A DNA stretch of 42,804 nt, taken from the NCBI GenBank assembly GCA_007693605.1, contig REDG01000042.1, positions 1 to 42,804 on the forward strand. Direction: 5' to 3'. Shown one piece after another: positions 26,888 to 36,768 of this stretch (the first letter of the stretch is position 1; each line of letters begins with the position of its first letter). A program made the translations under genes and the position numbers. The notes below the pieces were generated by a model. That model searched no databases, had not been told where the DNA came from, and was given only the letters and a program-made list of their open reading frames with translations. This DNA is from Bradymonadales bacterium (GTDB lineage: Bacteria > Bdellovibrionota > UBA2394).

Positions 26888-29110
26888 CTAGTTTAGAAAG
26901 AGCATTTCGCGATACTTAGGCAAAGGCCACAGCTCATCTGAAACTTGAGCCTCCAAGTCATCGGCGACGCTTCTAAGCGCCTCCATACTCGGAATGACCT
27001 TGTCGGCGAGACGAAGGCTTCTCTTTTCTTCATCCTCCATTCGACTCGCTGAATCTAGATCCTTCTTCAGACTGGCAAGTTGGGTCAATAGCTCCGAATA
27101 GAGTTTTGAAAGAACTTCCTTTCTCTCTTTGGCTCCCTCAAAAGAGGGCTCTTTTGCCCCCCAAGCCTTCAGGCTCTCTGCAAGCGCCGATCTCCGGCTC
27201 AACTCCGCTTCGGCTGGAGGAATGATCGAAGTCTCCACCATCTCGAGCAAAGTCGCCGCCTCCATTTCAATTTGCTTGTTATAGCGCTCTAGGGCGACAT
27301 GGTGACGCGCCGTCAGTTCCTGAGGGTTCAGAATCTTCAGCTCGTGCAAAAAGCTCACCCGCTTCTCATCTCCCAAGACCTGCAAAGCTTCTGGCGTGTT
27401 TTTCAGGTGAGGTAAACCTCTTTTCTTAGCCTCTGCTATCCATTCTTCTGAATAGTTATTGCCCTCAAATCGAATGGCTTTGGCTTCTTTCATGCTCTTT
27501 TGAATCAAGCTGAGAAGAGCTTCATCACGAGCTTTTCCGGAGTCTAAAAGTTCTTTTAGTTGCGCACTAAAGTCGCGAAAGCTCGCTGACACGGCCGCAT
27601 TTAAGAACATGATGGGAACGGCGACATTGCTACTACTTCCGACTGCTCGAAACTCAAACTTGTTTCCTGTAAACGCAAAAGGAGAGGTTCGGTTTCGATC
27701 GGTATTGTCTTTTGAAACGGCGGGCAAATGAGCCACTCCTAAGCTGATAACAGTCTCTGCCGGAGAATCCTCAAGCACCTCTCCTTTTTCAAGGCGATCA
27801 CAGATCTTTGACAATGTGTCCCCCAAGAAAATACTCATAATGGCCGGGGGGGCTTCATTTGCGCCCAAACGATGATCATTTCCGGGTGAAGCAATGCCCG
27901 CCCTCAGAAGTGCCGCATGCTCGTGTACCGCTTTCAAAATCACAGAAAGAACGGCCAAGAATCTAAGGTTCTGGTGGGGAGTCTTTCCGGGCTCGAGAAG
28001 GTTATCGCCGCGATCGGTCTGCAAGCTCCAGTTGCAGTGCTTGCCGCTGCCATTGACCCCCGAAAAAGGTTTTTCATGCAACAAACAAACCAGTTTATGC
28101 CTTTGCGCGACTTTTCGGAGCATATCCATCAGAAGGGTGTTGTGATCGGTGCTCACATTGGCGTTCTCAAATATCGGGGCCACTTCAAACTGCGAAGGTG
28201 CCACTTCGTTGTGTCGAGTCTTCAAGGGCAAGCCCAAACGATAAGCTTCTTGCTCTAGCTCCTGCATAAAACTCAAAACCCGCGAGGGAATACTCCCAAA
28301 GTAGTGGTCTTCAAACTGCTGGCCCCGAGTGGAAGCTCGACCCAAGAGACTCCGACCCGTCATCACCAGGTCGGGTCGCATTGAGAAAAAGGCTCGATCA
28401 ATCAAAAAGTACTCTTGCTCAAGCCCCAAACTCACATCGACCGACTTCACATCGACATCTCCTACCAACTTCAAAAACGAAGTGGCCGCCTCATTGACCG
28501 ACTGAATCGAGCGAAGAAGAGGGGTTTTCATATCGAGCGCATAGCCACTGTAACTGATAAAGGCCGAGGGCACACAAATCGTCTTTCCGTTGGTATTCTC
28601 AATGATAAAGACCGGGCTCATGGGGTCCCATGCGGTATAGCCTCGCGCCTCAAAAGTGCTTCTCATTCCTCCGCTCGGAAATGAACTCGCATCGGGCTCC
28701 TGCTGAAGAAAGGCTTCTCCGGTCAATCGATCAATGACCTGAGTCTGACCTTGCTCTGAGATTTTGGTCGAGATCAAGGCGTCGTGCTTTTCTGCAGTCA
28801 GCCCCGTCATGGGTTGAAAGTAATGACAAAAATGTGTGGCCCCGTGACTCAAAGCCCAGTCTTTTACAATTGAAGCAATCTCATTTGCGGTCTCCTTGGG
28901 TAGAGACTTCCCCTTCTTCACTAAATTCATCAATTGCTCAAAACCTTCAGTCGAAAGCTTGGACTTCATCTGATCGAGACCAAAGGCATACTGCCCGAAG
29001 TACTCACTAATGGGTAAGGCGTTTCCCAAACTATCCTTGGGTCGCTCAATTTTTCGGATTTCTCGGTTAATGGAAGTCTCAATCGCAGACAAGCGCGAAA
29101 CAGAAGTCAT
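26888..29110 (-). CDS. glnN: Glutamine synthetase type III
   Basis: 740 aa; TAEKHD, EPDASSFPSGG, EQEYFL, HNEVAPSQFE, NGSGKHCNWS, RLGANEAPP, DRNRTSPFAFTGNKFEFR. Confidence 0.95.
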   Translation of the reverse strand: MTSVSRLSAIETSINREIRKIERPKDSLGNALPISEYFGQYAFGLDQMKSKLSTEGFEQLMNLVKKGKSLPKETANEIASIVKDWALSHGATHFCHYFQPMTGLTAEKHDALISTKISEQGQTQVIDRLTGEAFLQQEPDASSFPSGGMRSTFEARGYTAWDPMSPVFIIENTNGKTICVPSAFISYSGYALDMKTPLLRSIQSVNEAATSFLKLVGDVDVKSVDVSLGLEQEYFLIDRAFFSMRPDLVMTGRSLLGRASTRGQQFEDHYFGSIPSRVLSFMQELEQEAYRLGLPLKTRHNEVAPSQFEVAPIFENANVSTDHNTLLMDMLRKVAQRHKLVCLLHEKPFSGVNGSGKHCNWSLQTDRGDNLLEPGKTPHQNLRFLAVLSVILKAVHEHAALLRAGIASPGNDHRLGANEAPPAIMSIFLGDTLSKICDRLEKGEVLEDSPAETVISLGVAHLPAVSKDNTDRNRTSPFAFTGNKFEFRAVGSSSNVAVPIMFLNAAVSASFRDFSAQLKELLDSGKARDEALLSLIQKSMKEAKAIRFEGNNYSEEWIAEAKKRGLPHLKNTPEALQVLGDEKRVSFLHELKILNPQELTARHHVALERYNKQIEMEAATLLEMVETSIIPPAEAELSRRSALAESLKAWGAKEPSFEGAKERKEVLSKLYSELLTQLASLKKDLDSASRMEDEEKRSLRLADKVIPSMEALRSVADDLEAQVSDELWPLPKYREMLFLN

Positions 29111-29377
29111 AAGAATTTCCTTTCTATCTTTGTTGAATTCAGCCGTTCGCCAAGCTCACAAAAACAAGTCTCAGTTTGGGCTTCAAAAACTCAATCAGAG
29201 AGCTTTTAAAACCTGCCTAAAGATTGACATGAAAGGCCGCCATTCTCAAGAAGAGATCTGCCACATTGAAAATGCCTAGCCACACTCCGAAACAAGGGGC
29301 TTTCGGCAGAATGCCCTCTTGCGACGGGAGCGCTCTCGAAACCCGTATAAGCCAAAGGTCTTTGTCAAGAATCTGGA

Positions 29378-30970
29378 CTAAAGCATTCGCTCTGAGGTCT
29401 CTGCAAAATGCAAATCTGGATAGCGCTCAAGTGCCTTATTCAGTGCATATTGGGATGAAATCAAAACCGCCCAACGGTCTTCTGAGTCTTTCGAGAGAAC
29501 CACATCGTAGCTCTTTGAGAGCTCATTGAGCGCAGCATCAAACTTCGACTCTTGGCCTTCCTTAGAAAACACCCAGCGAGAAATCTTGAAGGCACAAGAC
29601 TCGAAGCGCGCATCGACGGAATACTCGTGCTCCAAGCGGTGCCGAATCACCTCAAATTGAAGCTGCCCCACCACGCCGATGATAATGTCATTGCTGTTCT
29701 GAGGAAAGAACACCTGAGAAGCCCCCTCTTCACAAAGTTGATCTAGGCCTTTTCGCAATTGCTTCGACTTCAAGGGCGACTTCAGTACGACTCTCTGAAA
29801 AATCTCTGGGGCAAAGTTGGGGATTCCCAAAAATGAAAGCTTCTCTTTAGAGCTGATGGTATCTCCAACCCGAAACGAACCCGTATCATAAACACCCACG
29901 ATGTCTCCGGCCAATGCCATTTCGGCCTGCACCCGCTTCGATGCCAGAAACTGAAAGGTGTTCGAAATTTTAAGGTTTCGCTCTAGTCGAGTATGAAAGA
30001 CTTCATCCCCCTTCGAAAAAGAACCCGAACAGACTCGCACGAAGGCAATGCGATCTCGATGCCTCTGATCCATATTGGCTTGAATCTTAAACACAAAGCC
30101 TGAGAAGTTAGGCTCTGAAGGTTCCACGAGTCGCTCGGTGGCAAATCGCGCCTGAGGCTCTGGGGCCCAATGGCAAAACTCACGAAGAAGAACTTCCACG
30201 CCAAAATTGTTTAAGGCACTTCCGAAATAAACTCCGGTCAAGCGGCCTTGCCAGAGCGCCTCTTGTGACATTTCAGGATAGACCCCCAAAGCCAACTCGG
30301 CCTGATCTTTGAGTTGAGATAGCTCATCGTCGTCTAACCACGACTTCCATTGGGGGTCATCCCAACCCGACACGGGGAAACACTCGTCACGATCTGTATT
30401 CGCAACAAAGGGATAAAACTCTTTTTTGTAGAGATGATAAATTCCTCGAAAAGTCTTTCCGCTATTCACTGGTAGCGTGATCGGTGTCGCCTGAATACCC
30501 AGAACGGCTTCAATCTCGTCTAGCAGCTCCAGAGGATTCCGACACTCACGATCGAACTTATTCACGAATGTGAGAACAGGAATTTTCCGATCACTACAGA
30601 TCTTCATGAGCTTTTTCGTTTGCTCTTCCACTCCCTTCGCCCCATCCACCACCATCAAAGCTGAATCGACCGCGGTCAAAACACGGTAGGTATCTTCACT
30701 AAAGTCGTGGTGGCCTGGAGTGTCCAAGAGGTTCACTCGATAGCCCTGATAGTCAAACTGCAGAACCGAAGAGGTCACAGAGATCCCTCTCTGCTTTTCA
30801 ATCTCCATCCAATCGCTGGTGGCATAGCGACTGGCTTTTCTCGCTTTCACCGTGCCCGCCTCATGAATGGCGCCACCGTAAAGAAGGAGTTTTTCCGTCA
30901 AGGTCGTCTTACCCGCATCGGGGTGAGAAACAATGCAAAAGCAGCGGCGATTTCGATAGCTTTCTTTCAA
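29378..30970 (-). CDS. prfC: Peptide chain release factor 3
   Basis: SHPDAGKTTLTEKLL, SDWMEIEKQRGISV, DTPGH, NKFD, KIQANMD; start tentatively TTG 30970 after GAGGA, which avoids overlap with the divergent gene. Confidence 0.95.
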   Translation of the reverse strand: MKESYRNRRCFCIVSHPDAGKTTLTEKLLLYGGAIHEAGTVKARKASRYATSDWMEIEKQRGISVTSSVLQFDYQGYRVNLLDTPGHHDFSEDTYRVLTAVDSALMVVDGAKGVEEQTKKLMKICSDRKIPVLTFVNKFDRECRNPLELLDEIEAVLGIQATPITLPVNSGKTFRGIYHLYKKEFYPFVANTDRDECFPVSGWDDPQWKSWLDDDELSQLKDQAELALGVYPEMSQEALWQGRLTGVYFGSALNNFGVEVLLREFCHWAPEPQARFATERLVEPSEPNFSGFVFKIQANMDQRHRDRIAFVRVCSGSFSKGDEVFHTRLERNLKISNTFQFLASKRVQAEMALAGDIVGVYDTGSFRVGDTISSKEKLSFLGIPNFAPEIFQRVVLKSPLKSKQLRKGLDQLCEEGASQVFFPQNSNDIIIGVVGQLQFEVIRHRLEHEYSVDARFESCAFKISRWVFSKEGQESKFDAALNELSKSYDVVLSKDSEDRWAVLISSQYALNKALERYPDLHFAETSERML

Positions 30971-31000
30971 TTCATCCTCAATCTCTGCTAACCTATCGGC

Positions 31001-33073
31001 GTGAATGCCTTTTCCCAAACGAAATTTCTGAGCTTTTTCTGTTTGCTGAGCCTCTTGATATCTGCCTCTTGGTTCGGCCTGAGCCAAGCCGTAGAGGCGA
31101 GCTCAGCTCACATGAGTGAATGGAAACAGGGTCGCAGTGGTGGAGTTCAGGCACGACTCTTCACTGAGTTTGAGGAAGTTGAGCCCCTACAAGATCGCAT
31201 TTGGCTTGCCCTTGAGCTAGAACTTGAGCCTGGCTGGTATTCCTACTGGAAAAACCCAGGCGATGTGGGCCTGCCACCTCGAATTGATTGGCGACTTCCA
31301 ACGGGATGGAAGGCCGACCCCATTCAGTATTGGATTCCTCAAAGACACCCCGCACCTGGAGAGCTTGAACTCACTTCTTTTGGATACCGAGATCGGGTGA
31401 TCTATCTGATTCTTCTCTCAGGACCGGAAGTGGAGGAAGAGGTCTTTCGAATTTCTGCGGCTCTTGATTTTCTTGTCTGCGAAGAACTTTGTGTTCCCGA
31501 GCGAATGGCTTTTGAACTCAATATTCCGGTCGGCACTGAGATCAGAGACGACAGCCTGGCGTTAGAGATTGAAGAGGCTTTTCTTCAGCTCCCAAAAGAA
31601 ACTGAAGACTTTGCGGTGCGATGGAGGGGCTCAACCGAATTTGAACTCAGTCTTTTTGGGGTGACCGCAGAGGATTTGTTTTTCTACAGCCCAGGCCTGC
31701 GGGCCAACTTCTGGAAGGCAGAAGAAATTGGTGCCGAAGCGGATCGAGAAGTCTGGCGGGTCCGATTGGACGAGCCCGTGCAGAGTCTGGAGTTTGTCAG
31801 CTCCTACGGATTGGGCCTCGCCACAACGGGTGTGACGGGGAAGATTCAAAGCCGAGGACTCTCTTTCTTGGAGGCCAGTTTTTGGCTCGCCATACTTTTT
31901 GCCTTCTTGGGGGGAGTGATTCTCAACCTGATGCCCTGTGTTCTTCCTGTAGTCGTTCTAAAGACCAATTCCGTTTTGAGACTTCGAGCCGAAAATCGAG
32001 ACATTTCTCCGTCTTTGATTCTCACCATTGCCGGAGTTCTTTTTAGCTTTTTGGTGCTGGCTCTGTTCACAGGCCTTCTCAAATCACTCGGACAGCAAGT
32101 CGGATGGGGCTTTCAGTTTCAAAGCCCGGGCTTTGTCAGTTTTATGATTCTTGTCATTTTCCTCTTCGCGCTCAATCTTTGGGGGCTTTTTGATGTTCAG
32201 CTCTCTTCTAAATTGGGCAGCCGTTTAAGTTCGAAAACAGGGCCCTTTTTTGAGGGGGTCTTTGCTACGATTCTCGCCACACCCTGTAGTGCCCCATTTT
32301 TAGGAGCCGCTTTAACTTTTGCTTTGAGCCAAAGCTTTCCCGTTCTCGTTTTGTTCTTCTTGGTGATGGGGCTGGGGCTTGCCCTTCCTTATGTTCTTCT
32401 ATTGGTTGCTCCTGATTTGCTCGGCTTTTTACCAAAGCCCGGGCCCTGGATGCTGCGATTGAAACGAATTCTCGCCTACAGTTTGCTTTTGGCCGTTCTG
32501 TGGTTGGCTTATGTACTTAATCAACAAACGGCTTCGATCGTGCTTTTCGCCTTGGGCTTGGGCTTTCTGTTGATTGTTGTTTGTCTCAAAGAGTTTCGGT
32601 CTGGCTGGCGTTGGGCCTTGGTGGTTTTGATTTGTCTTGGTGGCGTCTTTGCGAGTGAGAGATTTTCTTTGGATCAGCTTCAGCAGAGAGCTGCGATCGA
32701 ACAGCGCATTCAGACTTTTGATGAAAGGGAGTTCCGCAATCTGCTCGAAGAGGGGGAGCTGGTTTTTTTGAACATCACGGCCGATTGGTGCCTCACCTGC
32801 AAGTACAACGAAGCCACAGTTTTGAAAACAGGCTGGTTTCTTGAATTGCTCGAAGAAAATGGGGTGATCTTTATGGAAGCCGACTGGACGAGGCGCGATG
32901 CCACGATTGGGAGATTCTTAGAGGCCTATGGCCGGGTAGGAATTCCCTTCTCTGGCTTTTTTGCCCAAGACGAAACGGAGCTTTTGCCCGAACTCGTGAC
33001 CCGAGGCATTGCCGATCGGGGCCTTCAAGAGATCTTGCAGCGCTTGGCTCAAGAGCCCGAGAGCGAAGACTAG
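31001..33073 (+). CDS. dsbD: DsbD-family protein-disulfide reductase (ScsB-like architecture)
   Basis: Signal peptide; YWKNPGDVG, VCEELCVP, LNLMPCVLPV, ATPCSAPFLG, TADWCLTCK. Confidence 0.92.
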   Translation: MNAFSQTKFLSFFCLLSLLISASWFGLSQAVEASSAHMSEWKQGRSGGVQARLFTEFEEVEPLQDRIWLALELELEPGWYSYWKNPGDVGLPPRIDWRLPTGWKADPIQYWIPQRHPAPGELELTSFGYRDRVIYLILLSGPEVEEEVFRISAALDFLVCEELCVPERMAFELNIPVGTEIRDDSLALEIEEAFLQLPKETEDFAVRWRGSTEFELSLFGVTAEDLFFYSPGLRANFWKAEEIGAEADREVWRVRLDEPVQSLEFVSSYGLGLATTGVTGKIQSRGLSFLEASFWLAILFAFLGGVILNLMPCVLPVVVLKTNSVLRLRAENRDISPSLILTIAGVLFSFLVLALFTGLLKSLGQQVGWGFQFQSPGFVSFMILVIFLFALNLWGLFDVQLSSKLGSRLSSKTGPFFEGVFATILATPCSAPFLGAALTFALSQSFPVLVLFFLVMGLGLALPYVLLLVAPDLLGFLPKPGPWMLRLKRILAYSLLLAVLWLAYVLNQQTASIVLFALGLGFLLIVVCLKEFRSGWRWALVVLICLGGVFASERFSLDQLQQRAAIEQRIQTFDEREFRNLLEEGELVFLNITADWCLTCKYNEATVLKTGWFLELLEENGVIFMEADWTRRDATIGRFLEAYGRVGIPFSGFFAQDETELLPELVTRGIADRGLQEILQRLAQEPESED

Positions 33074-33095
33074 GAATCTCGGGCAGATCGAGAAC

Positions 33096-34268
33096 CTACA
33101 GATCCAATGCGCCTTTCATCGCCAACTGCCAAGGAAGAATCTCGACTTCCTCTTGGAGGCGGGGCTGCTTCTCCTGGCACCAGATTTGAAGTTTACAAGG
33201 GGTGGGAAAGTCTTTCGAAATTGCCTGTAATTTTTTGACCGACTCATGGCCCACTCTTGTTCCGCTCTTGATTTCGACTAAGAGAGTTGGCTTAGACTTC
33301 TCCTCAAGAATCAAATCCACCTCAAAACCATTCTTCAATTTGAGGTATGAAAACTTAATATCTCGCTCAAGATAGTCCCTAAGGCGAATACACTCGAGGA
33401 CCACAAAGTGTTCAAAGAATCGGCCGTAGGCATAGCTCTGTGGACTTACAGGGTTCAAATCGCCCTCCAATGCACGAAGGACGCCAAGGTCAAAAAAATA
33501 AAACTTTGGACTAAGCCTCTGTTGTTTTCTCAGGGACGAATGGTAGGCAGGCAAATAGTGTCCAATCAATGTGTCCTCTAGGATTTCAAAATAACGCTGC
33601 ACGCTCTTGGTCTCTATATTCGCTTCTCTCGCTATCCGAGAGAAATTAAGAATGGAGCCAGAAGATTGGGCGGCTACCGGCAGAAACTGTCGAAAGGGGT
33701 CGATTTTTCTCACAAGCTGCTCAGATAAAATCTCCTCCTTTAAATAGGTTTGTACATAGCTCTTCAGTCCCCTCTTCCGATCAAGTTCAGAGCTTTCTTC
33801 AAGCACGACAGGCAAGCTCCCCCAGCTAAGGCTCTCGTCAAGATCAAACCCATGGCCAAGCTCAATGTGAACAAGGGGATGCATTCGAAACGAAAAGGCC
33901 CTGCCCGCTAAAAGATTCGCCTGGCCTCGCTTCAACTTTCTTGCGCTGCTCCCACTCAAAGCAAAAGCTTGCTGCTGTTTTTGAATCGATCGGTGAACAA
34001 CATCTAAAAGCTTCGGAATCTTCTGGACCTCATCGATGACTACCCAATTGAGTTTGCCGCCCCGCTTTCTCTGTTCGATCTGCTGAAAGAGCCGATCTGG
34101 CTGACGAGTGTACATCTCCTCATCGTCAGCTCGAAGGAGGTCAATCCAAAGAACAGTCGGATCCTCGGGCGGAAAGTGAAACTCTAGCCAGGTGGTTTTG
34201 CCGGTCGCCCTGGCCCCAAATAGAAAAAAGCTGTTTGATTTTGGGGGCTTAAGCATTCTGTGTATCAT
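33096..34268 (-). CDS. AAA-family ATPase with DUF4143 / PD-(D/E)XK-like C-terminus
   Basis: Walker A GARATGKT, Walker B IDEVQ, LAGR, PKFYFFDLG, EVDLI...VEIKSG. Confidence 0.88.
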   Translation of the reverse strand: MIHRMLKPPKSNSFFLFGARATGKTTWLEFHFPPEDPTVLWIDLLRADDEEMYTRQPDRLFQQIEQRKRGGKLNWVVIDEVQKIPKLLDVVHRSIQKQQQAFALSGSSARKLKRGQANLLAGRAFSFRMHPLVHIELGHGFDLDESLSWGSLPVVLEESSELDRKRGLKSYVQTYLKEEILSEQLVRKIDPFRQFLPVAAQSSGSILNFSRIAREANIETKSVQRYFEILEDTLIGHYLPAYHSSLRKQQRLSPKFYFFDLGVLRALEGDLNPVSPQSYAYGRFFEHFVVLECIRLRDYLERDIKFSYLKLKNGFEVDLILEEKSKPTLLVEIKSGTRVGHESVKKLQAISKDFPTPCKLQIWCQEKQPRLQEEVEILPWQLAMKGALDL

Positions 34269-34416
34269 GTGTCTAAAATATCCGCTTTTTTGGACATATG
34301 GTCAATGGGCAGCCGCGAGGCTATCTCCCCCATTAAAATCTTGCTTGAACAGCCCAGTCTAGCCCCCAATCCGACCGGCCAACCTCCATCTAATCACCAG
34401 TCCAAAGTCAGATAGT

Positions 34417-34439
34417 GAAAATGATAATCGTTATCATTT
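34417..34439 (+). promoter_or_regulatory. Fur-box-like operator abutting a putative -35 (TTGACT, 34438-34443)
   Basis: GAAAATGATAATCGTTATC matches the GATAATGATAATCATTATC consensus at 17/19; palindrome AAATGATAA-TCG-TTATCATTT. Confidence 0.75.
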
Positions 34440-34474
34440 GACTTGATGCGCCAAACCCCCTTAGCTTCAAAACG

Positions 34475-35128
34475 ATGCGGGTTGGGCCTCTATTGATTAC
34501 AGTCTTTTTTTTCGGAGTCATTAACGCAGACCAGGGCTACGCCTCTGAGATTTCAACGGAGGTGACTGCACGAGAGGCTAAAGTCGCTTCTCTGGGGGCT
34601 GAAGTCGCCGAACTAGAGGCCGAGTTTATGCAAAGCTATCGGGACTACCAAAAGCTCGTCCTCAGACATCGGGCTTTTTGGAGGAGTGTCAATGAGCTTC
34701 AGGAGTTTTATCGGAAGCACTTTGAACCACTGATTGAACAAGCGGCTAGGGATGGAAAAAAGAGAAGCTTCGATATGCTGCGGAACAAACTAAAGTTGTT
34801 TCTCACAAATGCTCCAGAGGAGGCCTCAAGAATGAGAAGCACACCAAAGGTGCCAGAGGCATGGTATCAAGAACCCGAACGAATCAACCGCCAATTTGAG
34901 GAACTTGAGCTTCAGATGAATCGACTTTACGAGGGCATTCAAGAACTGAAAGAGAGGGCTCAAAGCTCCCAACGAGAAACCGCTAAGGCCAAGAAAAGTC
35001 TTAAAGAGACAAGCCAAAGCCTACGCAATGAACTGAAACGCTTTCAAAAACATCTGACCGCCACCAAACAAGGCGCCCCCCACTGCACCGCCGCCATAAT
35101 CACCGTGACCTTGGAACAAGTGCGTTGA
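34475..35128 (+). CDS. Exported coiled-coil hypothetical protein
   Basis: Signal-like N-terminus, long heptad-rich helices, sole Cys in C-terminal PHCTAAIITV. Confidence 0.72.
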   Translation: MRVGPLLITVFFFGVINADQGYASEISTEVTAREAKVASLGAEVAELEAEFMQSYRDYQKLVLRHRAFWRSVNELQEFYRKHFEPLIEQAARDGKKRSFDMLRNKLKLFLTNAPEEASRMRSTPKVPEAWYQEPERINRQFEELELQMNRLYEGIQELKERAQSSQRETAKAKKSLKETSQSLRNELKRFQKHLTATKQGAPHCTAAIITVTLEQVR

Positions 35129-35152
35129 TCAAACTTAACTCAAGGACGAGGC

Positions 35153-36121
35153 TCAAAGCCCCAGTCCAAGATTTCCTACTGAGTCCGTGCATCTTGTGGG
35201 ACCCACCCCTTCCGTCGGATGCGCCAGATCGGCAGGTCGGATCAAAGAACTAAGAAGCTCTCCACTATCCTGCCACCATGTCGAACTCTGAGGCTCTGCC
35301 GTCAGCTGGGGCGAGTGGTTCATCGCCTTCCAAAATTCCTGGGGTCCACGCATGATCTGAGTCAAAAGATAGCCAATCCGAAGCATGCGAGAGGCGAAAG
35401 AAGTTCGCACACCAAGATAAATAAGGGGAGTACTCGCCATGATAAGGAGAGTGGTAACTATTGCACCGATAAACATCGGCCGAGACCCCCATGAATAGCC
35501 GGGGTCAAGGGCAACAGAAGCAACGGTTCCAAGCAACATCCCAGCAAAAGGGGTCAAAATCAGGGTAAGAGCGATGACCCCATGGTTCTCAGGATCCTTC
35601 AGCTCCCCGAAAGCCGACAGACCAAGATATTGCGCCAGCTCAGAGGAAAGTCCGGTACTCGCGTCCCGCATGCCTGCCACAAAGTCCAAGGGCCTTGTCT
35701 CGAACACAGTAGGATTTGAGGAGCCGACATCCTTGAAACCGCCGAATTCCTCGTACACCCCATTGATAAGCACAGAAACTCTCTCTTCAGTCCTTGCAAT
35801 CAACCGATCATAATCGGTTCGCAGTTCTAGCGCCTTTTGCTCCGAAATCGATCCCTCATTCCAAAGCTGAGCAACACGATCGCTGAAGGCCAGCCAATCA
35901 GCTCGCAACTCCTCAATTTCCCGAGGCAGAGGGCCTTGCTCCTCTTCCTCTAGAGCTGTCCCCTGAACGATGGGCCCATTCTCCTCAGCACCAAGCGACC
36001 CAATCGCCAGAATGAAGGCGAGAAAGACCGGAAGACCTAAATTCTTAAAGAGTTTTTCTCGTCTAGTTAAATTCAAACCACAATCCTTCTCGTCTCGAAC
36101 ACACGCCTGCGCAGACTCCAC
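35153..36121 (-). CDS. Exported or membrane hypothetical protein with a two-helix hydrophobic hairpin
   Basis: Signal-like GLPVFLAFILAIGSLGA, two hydrophobic segments, C-terminal PTRCTDSVGNL; true start probably downstream of 36121. Confidence 0.68.
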   Translation of the reverse strand: MESAQACVRDEKDCGLNLTRREKLFKNLGLPVFLAFILAIGSLGAEENGPIVQGTALEEEEQGPLPREIEELRADWLAFSDRVAQLWNEGSISEQKALELRTDYDRLIARTEERVSVLINGVYEEFGGFKDVGSSNPTVFETRPLDFVAGMRDASTGLSSELAQYLGLSAFGELKDPENHGVIALTLILTPFAGMLLGTVASVALDPGYSWGSRPMFIGAIVTTLLIMASTPLIYLGVRTSFASRMLRIGYLLTQIMRGPQEFWKAMNHSPQLTAEPQSSTWWQDSGELLSSLIRPADLAHPTEGVGPTRCTDSVGNLGLGL

Positions 36122-36523
36122 AGATCCAAGCTAATCTGGCTGGCTGGAGAGGCCTTAGCATGTGAAGAAGGAGGCTTCAAGGCCATTTACCCGCAATGCG
36201 GCCACCACGGCCCTAGAGGGTACCAAGCCCCCCAAAAAGAGAGATCTGTCAGTATCGGAGCGGAAGTCGTTTTACTCAGGAATGGGTTGTGTCTGTCGCC
36301 TGTTCCTCAAAAAATAAAAATGAGTTTTTAGAGGACTCAGTCCCATTTTTCTGGAGCCCAGTTCTGCTCGAAAACTGGGGAAGGCATTCACTGCCGGAGC
36401 GGAAGTGATTTTTCTGATAAACGAGATCTTGCTGCCTATTTGTTCTTCTAAAAAATGAAAGTTTAAACTTCCATGACTTTGGACCCGTTCATTTTTTGAA
36501 CGGCCACCCCCTCGTTCCTCCCC

Positions 36524-36566
36524 AAAAAATAAAAATAAGTTTTTAAGGGACTTATTTTTATTTTTT
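36524..36566. repeat. Perfect 17-bp inverted repeat with 9-bp core upstream of HNH copy 2
   Basis: AAAAAATAAAAATAAGT-TTTTAAGGG-ACTTATTTTTATTTTTT. Confidence 0.9.
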
Positions 36567-36568
36567 TG

Positions 36569-36768
36569 TTGACGGGTTTTTCTAAGCACTATTTTTAATC
36601 TCACAAATCAAATCAGAAAGCGGGTTTCAATCGTTCTGGCTTTTGTTCTGTAAGCTTGCTCCCAATCTGAAATAAAAAAATCCAAATGCATGGCAATGCG
36701 GCTTATAGAGCGAAGATGCGGCAGCCAAAAAAGTTCATGTTATGCTCAAGCCTATGAAAGATATGAAC
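36569..36768 (+). ncRNA. Conserved, putatively structured leader of HNH copy 2
   Basis: Ungapped homologue of 12314-12513 (offset 24255). Confidence 0.45.

Noticed and set aside
29111..29377. Glutamine riboswitch or sigma54 promoter upstream of GSIII
   Set aside because: No glnA-motif consensus or convincing TGGCAC-N5-TTGC could be identified by eye; an Rfam search would be needed.
30971..31087. Extended prfC N-terminus
   Set aside because: It would overlap the DsbD signal-peptide codons; RF3 similarity starts near RRCFCIVSHPD.
36241..36566. CRISPR or other regular repeat-spacer array
   Set aside because: Only 2-3 degenerate units, the intervening sequences resemble each other, and there are no cas genes. 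No CRISPR array was seen anywhere in the window.
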